This document shows positions 57,461-64,000 of a stretch of 64,000 bases of DNA, one piece after another (positions within the stretch are counted from its first letter, which is position 1; the number at the start of each line of letters is the position of its first letter). Position numbers and translations under genes: made by a program. Source of the DNA: the human T2T-CHM13v2.0 reference genome, Homo sapiens; the NCBI RefSeq assembly GCF_009914755.1, contig NC_060933.1; one strand, written 5' to 3'. The notes under the pieces were generated by a model. It had not been told where the DNA came from and ran no database searches. It worked only from the letters and a program-made list of their open reading frames with translations.

Positions 57461-57859
57461 AAAGCAAGATTTAACTTCCCTGTTTCCAAGTTCAAATAGA
57501 CCATGCTCTACATAAAGTGAAACCAAAGGAAGAAATAGAGACCCAAAATGAATAAAGTCTGAAATGGAATAGACTGTTGTAGATAGTCAAATTAGCCAAC
57601 TGTTCAGACAAGGTATGAAGAAGTCAGAATTATGTATATTAGAAACCACCGGTCGGTCTATCAAAGAAAGATCAGGAATATTCGCCATTTATGTAATGTT
57701 AATGTCCATACATCTTTAAACAAATCACTTTTAAAATCCAAGATTTTAATAAAAACCCTTAAGAAGCCTCTTTAAATCGTTATTCAAAGTACATTCAAAA
57801 ACATTGCTTTTACATTTCAAGGTACTAAATCCCTCAACACAAAGAGAATTAAGAATACA

Positions 57860-60442
57860 CAGTATATTGTTGTAATTGTTCAATTTTATTATTAGTTGTT
57901 GTTAATCTCTTATTGAGCTTAATTTGTAAATTAAACTTTATCATAGGTATGTATTTATAAAAATAAAAAATGGAAAAAAAACATGGTACAAGCATATCTG
58001 AGATATTGCAGGATCAGTTCCAGACCACTGCAATAAAGTGAATCTCTCAACAAAAGGGGTCACATGAATTTTTTCATTTCTCAGTGCGTACAAAAGTCAT
58101 GTTTACACTACACTGTAGTCTATTAAATGTGCAGTAGCATTATGTCTAGGAAAACAATCTATACACCTTTATTAAAAAAGTTTACTGTCAAAAAATGCTA
58201 GTGATCATCTGAGCCTTTGGTGAGTCACAGTCTTTGAGCTGGTGGAGGGTCTTGCCTTTGTGTTGATGGCTGCTGACTGACGGGTGGTGGTTGCTGAAGG
58301 CTGTGGTCACTGTAACAATTTCTGAAAATAAGACAACAATGAGCTTTGCCACATTGATTGATTCTTCCTTTCATGAAAGATTTCTCTGAAGCATGTGATG
58401 CTGTTTGACAGCATTTTACCCACAATAGAACCTCTCAAATCCTGCTCCTACTTTATCAACTAAGGTTATGTAATAGCCTCAACCCTTTGTTTTCATTTCA
58501 ACGATGTTCACATCTTCACCAGGCATACATTTCATCTCAAGAAACCACTTTCTTTACTCATCCATAAAAAGCAACTCCTCATTCATTCAAACTTTATCAT
58601 GAAAGTGCAGCAATTCAGTCACATCTTCAGACTCCATTTGAAATTCTAGTTCTCTTGCTATTTGTAACGCATCTTCAGTGACTTCTTCCACTGAAGTCTT
58701 GAACCCTCAGTGTTATTCATAAGAGTTTCAGAATCAACTTCTTCCAAAGTCCTGGTAATGTTGATATTTTGCCTTCCTCCCATGAATTACAAATATCTTA
58801 ATGGCATTTAAAGTAGTGAATCCTTTCCAAAAGGTTTTCCATTTACTTTGCCCTAATGTAGCAGAGGAATCATTAAGTACAGAAGCTATAACTTTACAAA
58901 ATGTACTTTTTCAATAATAAGACTTGAAAGTCAAAATTACTCTGTGGTCCAGGGGCTGCAGAATGGATGTTGTGTTAGCGACATGAAAACAACATTCATC
59001 TCTCTTGATGAAACTCTATCAGAGCTCTTGGATAACCAGATGCCTTGTCAATGAGCAGTAATATATTTTATAAGAACCTTTTTCTGAGCAGTAGGTCTCA
59101 ACAGCGGGCTTAAAACATTCAGTAAACCATGCTATAAACCGATGTGCTGTTATCCAGTCTTTCTTTTTCCATTTACAGAGAACGCAGGCATAGCAGATTT
59201 AGAATAACCCTTAAGGGCCCTAAAAATTTTTGAAATGGTAAATAAGCACTGGCTTCAATTTGACATCACCATCTGCATTAGCTCTTAATGAGAGAGCCTC
59301 TTTAAAGCTTTGAAGCCAGACATTGACTTCTCCTAACTACTTAAGTCCCTGATAGCCTCTTCTTTCAATATAATGCTGTTTTATCTACATTAAAAATCTG
59401 TTGTTTAGTGCAGCCACCTTCATTAATGATCTTAGCTAGATCTTCTGGATAGCTTTCTGAAGGCTCTACATGAGCACTTGCTGCTTCACCTTGCACTTTT
59501 ATGTCATACAGATGGCTTCTTTCATTAAACCTCATGAACCAACCTCTGCTAGCTTCCAACATTTTTTCTGCAGCTCCCTCACCTCTCTCAGCCTTCACAG
59601 AATTGAAGAGAGTTAGGGTTTTGCTCTGTATTAGGCTTTGGCGTAAGGGAATGTTGTGGCTGATTTGATCTTCTATCCAGACCACTAAAACTTTCTCCAT
59701 ATCAACAATAAGGCTGTTTTGCTTTACATGCAGTCACTGGAGAAGCTATTTTAATCCTTCAAGACCTTTTCCTTTGCATTCACAACTTGGCTGTTTGGCA
59801 CAACACACTTAGCTTTCAGCCTATCTCTACTTTCAACATGCCTTCTTCACTAAACTTAATTATTTCTAGCTTTTGGTTTAAAGTGAGAGGCATGCAACTC
59901 TTCCTTTCACTTAAACACTTAGAGGCTATTGCAGGGTTATTAAATAGCCTAATTTCAATACTGTTCTGTGTCAGGGAATAGAGAGGCCTCAGAAGAGGGA
60001 AAAAGAATGCGAACGGCCCGTTGATGGAGCAGTTGGAACATGTGCAACATTTATTAGGTTCACCATCTTAAATGTGCAGGGCTGTAGCACCCCAAAATAA
60101 TTAAAATGGTAACATCAAAGATTACTGATCACAGATCACTGTAACAGACATAATAATAATAAAGGGCATGAAATATTATAAGAATTAACAAAACGTGACA
60201 CACAGACACAAAGTAAGCATGTGCTGTTGGAAAAAAATGGCACCAATAGACTTGCTTGACACAGAGTTGCCATAAACCATCAATTTATTTAAAAAACATG
60301 CAATATCTGCAAAGCACAATAAGACAAAATTCAATAAAACAACATAGACCTGTATATATGGGGTAAGGTCCTATGTTTGGTTTCAGGCATCTACTGGGGG
60401 TCTTGGAATGTATCCCCCATGTTCCAAGGCGTGGGACAACTG
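57860..60442. mobile_element. MER44 (Tigger7-type) fragment split by Tigger1
   Basis: ttgtaaattaaactttatcataggtatgta...aaaacatggTA[Tigger1]TAtatgggg...ttcaggcatctactgggggtcttggaatgtatcccc...actg. Confidence 0.75.
57989..60352 (-). mobile_element. Near full-length Tigger1 with decayed transposase
   Basis: About 2.36 kb; degenerate TIRs with TA duplication (57987-57988, 60353-60354); ORF 59365-59700 [12 protein letters not shown]...ASRGWFMRF...[12 protein letters not shown] matches the pogo-family CENP-B-type HTH and the start of the DDE domain. Confidence 0.93.
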
Positions 60443-61138
60443 TATTCAAATCTGGTACAGAAAAAATACCAGTTTCCCTCTAGCTGCTGTTCATGTATCC
60501 TGCTAGTGGCCATATCACTATTTGGTTATAACTGAACCTAAAATCTGTTCCAATAGGCTTAGCTCTCAGAACCATAAGACATACCAATAACAGCTCAATG
60601 AATTCAATATCTGTTAGGCACCAGAGTGCTAGGCAAGTGCAGTTTATACACGTTCCATCATGCATGTGGGGACTCTGACCATCTTGCTCCCCACAATAGC
60701 CTCCCGTGCCTGACACATTATTCCAGATAACACAACAGAGAAAAGGACAGGTCAAGGTCTTACTCAAGGTCAAACAGCTAGTAAATGGGAGAACTTGGAA
60801 TTGAACCCTACTGTCCCTTATTTTAAAGCCCAAACTCTATCACACTACCCATATTTTCCAAACTGTCTCACAAAAATCACACGGTGAAAATATATTGTCA
60901 AATTTATAAAAAAGAAGATACAGAACAAGGTATTAAGTTGCTACACTTTGTACAGAAGAAGAGGAGGGTAATTGCTTAGGTAAGTAAAAATCGATTGGTG
61001 TATGTTTATAGAAGCATAGACTATTCTGCAACTTTTTCAAAGACAATGATAGTGGGATATGGCAGGGCTGAAGGACACTGAGATAATCTTACTTTGCACT
61101 GCATTACTTTTGTGTTTATCAAATTTTATACCTTAATA

Positions 61139-61318
61139 GAGGGTTGCCAGATTTATCAACTAAAAATACAGGATGCTAGTTAAATTTGAATTTCAGGTAA
61201 ATGAATAATTTTTTAGTGTATGTCCCATGCCACACTTGGGACATATTTATACTAAAATCCAATTTTATCTGAAATTCAAACTTAACTTGGACATCTGTTA
61301 TTTTATCTAACAATCCTA
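61139..61318. mobile_element. MER53 (palindromic hAT MITE)
   Basis: agggttgccagattta...gttaaatttgaatttcag...tgtcccatgccacacttgggaca...ctgaaattcaaacttaac...aacaatccta. Confidence 0.85.
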
Positions 61319-62358
61319 CTATGTACATGCTAGCTTAGAAATAACAACATATAAAATCATTTTAGCTTTCACGCTTCCTGTAAAACTTTAATATAATGAG
61401 ACAGCTGCCTAATCCTTAATAAATCTCAAAGATTTTACCTGTGACCATATGATTCTCCAACAACTTGTTGGTAACACTAGTGTCAGAAGGGGATAAAAAT
61501 AAAACAGAATATTTGGTATTATTTAGAAATAGGAACTGATTAACTGAGTAATCATTTTACATTTCAACAAGTTGTAATGGTAACATGTAGGCACAGCTTT
61601 TACGAAGTAGAGAATCAGCGTTTGAAACATAACACAAACCATTCTGCTCAATGCAGATTATATGGCAACTAACAAGTGAAAATATGTTTTAGGCTAAAAA
61701 TAACTCTATGAAGAGAAACTGCCCAAATGCATACAATTTTCTACTTATCTTAAACAATTCTGACTGAAAAAGGAATACGACATTAAAAGGGCTTGTTTCA
61801 ATGGCTTGCAGCTTGTCAGAGTTGCTCAGCATCTGTTTTTGCATTTAAATTTACCATTTCTATCATTCATAGTTGCCTCAGCAGTACCTGAAGTAAGCAG
61901 ACGAAGGCACAGTTGTAGTCAATTGCAAGTAGTTTTTCATAAATCCAATTGTCCATAACAGCAATATTTATACTTTCAGTCATAATTCCTACTTTTGGGT
62001 AACATTACTGAACTACAGCTCTAAAAGTATAGAAATGTCACAGTACCCACCAAATCATGTAGTCATCCAACAGAAATCACTCAGTCTTTTCTTAGCATCT
62101 GTTCTTCTGAACTTCTCCCTCATTTTTATAGGCTTTGATCAAAAAAGCATTCATGAATACAATTTTTATTTTCAAGTAGACATTTATAAATCTTCCTAAA
62201 TTTATTCAATGAAAATAAGATTAATTCAATTTTGCCCACCAAAATGAAAGAAAATCAAGTATTAAAGAACATTAACTTCACAACATACTTCAAATACTGA
62301 TTAATATTCTTGTTCTTTCTTTATGAAACTGCCAGATAAATTACCTGAAATGGAAATG

Positions 62359-62758
62359 CTGTAGTCCCAGCTACTGGGGAGACCGAGGCAGGAGAATCGC
62401 TTGAACCCAGGAGGCAGAGGCTCAATACAGCTCAATCCAATTTTATCTGAAATTCAAACTTAATTTGGACATCTGTTATTTTATCTAACAATCCTACTAT
62501 GTACATGCTAGCTTAGAAATAACAACATACAAAATCATTTTAGCTTTCACGCTTCCTGTGAAACTTTAATATAATGAGAGAGCTGCCTAATCCAGCCTCC
62601 GCTGGATACATTAGGCTTCCTAATATAGCCTCCGCCTCCTGGGTTCAAGCGATTCTCCTGCCTCAGTCTCCCCAGTAGCCTGAGATCGAGCCACCACACT
62701 CCAGCCTGGGCAACAGAGCAAGAGTCTGTCTCGGAAAACAAAAAGAAAAGAAAAGAAA
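62359..62758 (+). mobile_element. 5'-truncated Alu right arm disrupted by a complex templated insertion
   Basis: Alu 62359-62422, insert 62423-62679, Alu 3' end and tail 62680-62758; imperfect TSD gaaatggaaatgc / gaaaagaaaatgc. Confidence 0.88.
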
Positions 62759-63232
62759 ATGCAGGGAAGGTCAAGGGAGTAGAAAAGGACTCAAATTCTG
62801 TCATTCACTGATTCTGCAAATACACATGGGGCACTTACATGACTAGCATGTTGTCTAGTAGCAGCATTGGAGAAATGATGATACAACCTGGGAACTCACG
62901 TACAAGTGAATGAAAGGAAAAGAAATGAACAATTAAAATACAAGAACACAAAGGAGGGTCACCCAAGCTTAACTGAGAAGTCAGGGAAACTTCCTGGAGT
63001 CACAGACCCCTGCACAGAGTCTTAAAGAATAGGTGGGGGAGAAGGTCTGATGAAAGAGCTCCCCACATAAATGCAAGAGTGCATGGTACCTTCTGAGCAC
63101 TGCATGTAGTTTCTTATATAGTAACCTGGATTGGGGCTGAGGAAAAAGGAGAGACGGAGAAGATGAGCCTGGAGATGTGAGTAAAGGCTGAATTACTGAG
63201 GGTCCTCCATACTACTCTTAAAAAGTTTAGAT

Positions 63233-63539
<307 letters not shown>

Positions 63540-63917
63540 ATTAAAGAGTTTAGATTTAATTAGAAGTTTATTTTGGCAAAGTGATCTTTAGAAAGATCAC
63601 TCTGGCAATGGTATGGAGGACATACAAAAATCAAGAGAAGCTATGGATAAAGAAGCCAGGTAAGAGGCATTTTCAAAACTAGAGAAGAAAAGGAAAATAA
63701 AGGAAAATGGGAGCTAGATTAATATTAGTTAAGAGATGTAAGTACTGTGACATGGTAATATGGAGGTAAGGAAGATGGGTTTAGGATAAATCCCACCTTT
63801 CCGGGCTTTGGTTACTGATGGATGGTAATACTACAAGGAGCATGTCAGTGTTGTGACTATTCTAGAAATGTCTGCCCTAATAGAGTTTGAATAGCTGAGT
63901 ATAGTACCTTACGATGT

Positions 63918-64000
63918 TGCTATGGAATGAACTGTGTTGCCCAAAATTCCTATGTTGAAGCCCTAACTCCAGTGTGACTGATTTTGGAAACAGGTCTTTT
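63918..64000 (+). mobile_element. Start of an MLT1 (ERVL-MaLR) LTR, truncated by the window edge
   Basis: tgctatggaatgaactgtg...ccaaaattcctatgttgaagccctaac. Confidence 0.8.

Noticed and set aside
59365-59700. Domesticated transposase gene (TIGD-like)
   Set aside because: It is only a fragment; the first catalytic motif reads DKT then a stop follows, and the rest of the element is frameshifted.
61460-61670. RFX X-box-like sites (GTTGTAATGGTAAC at 61571, half-sites nearby), attractive for an ependymal gene
   Set aside because: Three mismatches to the palindromic consensus, and half-sites are frequent by chance; unsupported without ChIP data.

Overview
Primate, most likely human, genomic DNA. 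The whole window lies inside the 5' half of MPDZ (MUPP1, multi-PDZ scaffold) on the minus strand. Eleven GT-AG exons were spliced by hand (conventionally exons 2-12: 53769-53697, 51184-51018, 27944-27735, 27071-26932, 25807-25594, 24861-24733, 23129-22920, 20655-20541, 20223-20135, 9459-9276, 8467-8396). They give an open 1546-nt CDS encoding the L27 domain, PDZ1-3 and the following linker. The first non-coding exon and all later exons lie outside the window. The introns hold the usual primate repeats: about 16 Alus, L1M remnants, a near full-length Tigger1 nested in MER44, a solo LTR9-type LTR in a Charlie1, and MER2/3/20/21/53. I see no new enzyme system or foreign insert. The most unusual signals are structural: (i) several independent templated-insertion or fold-back scars, the clearest at 62359-62762 and 28668-28820; (ii) a perfect 5 x 32-bp hairpin-forming minisatellite inside a MER2; (iii) splicing architecture that could give non-canonical products (an L27-only exon 2-3 circle, a stop-free exon 5-10 circle, a 112-codon read-through into intron 11, and a hairpin over the exon 12 acceptor). 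Repeat family names come from recalled consensus sequences; boundaries are approximate unless a TSD is cited.
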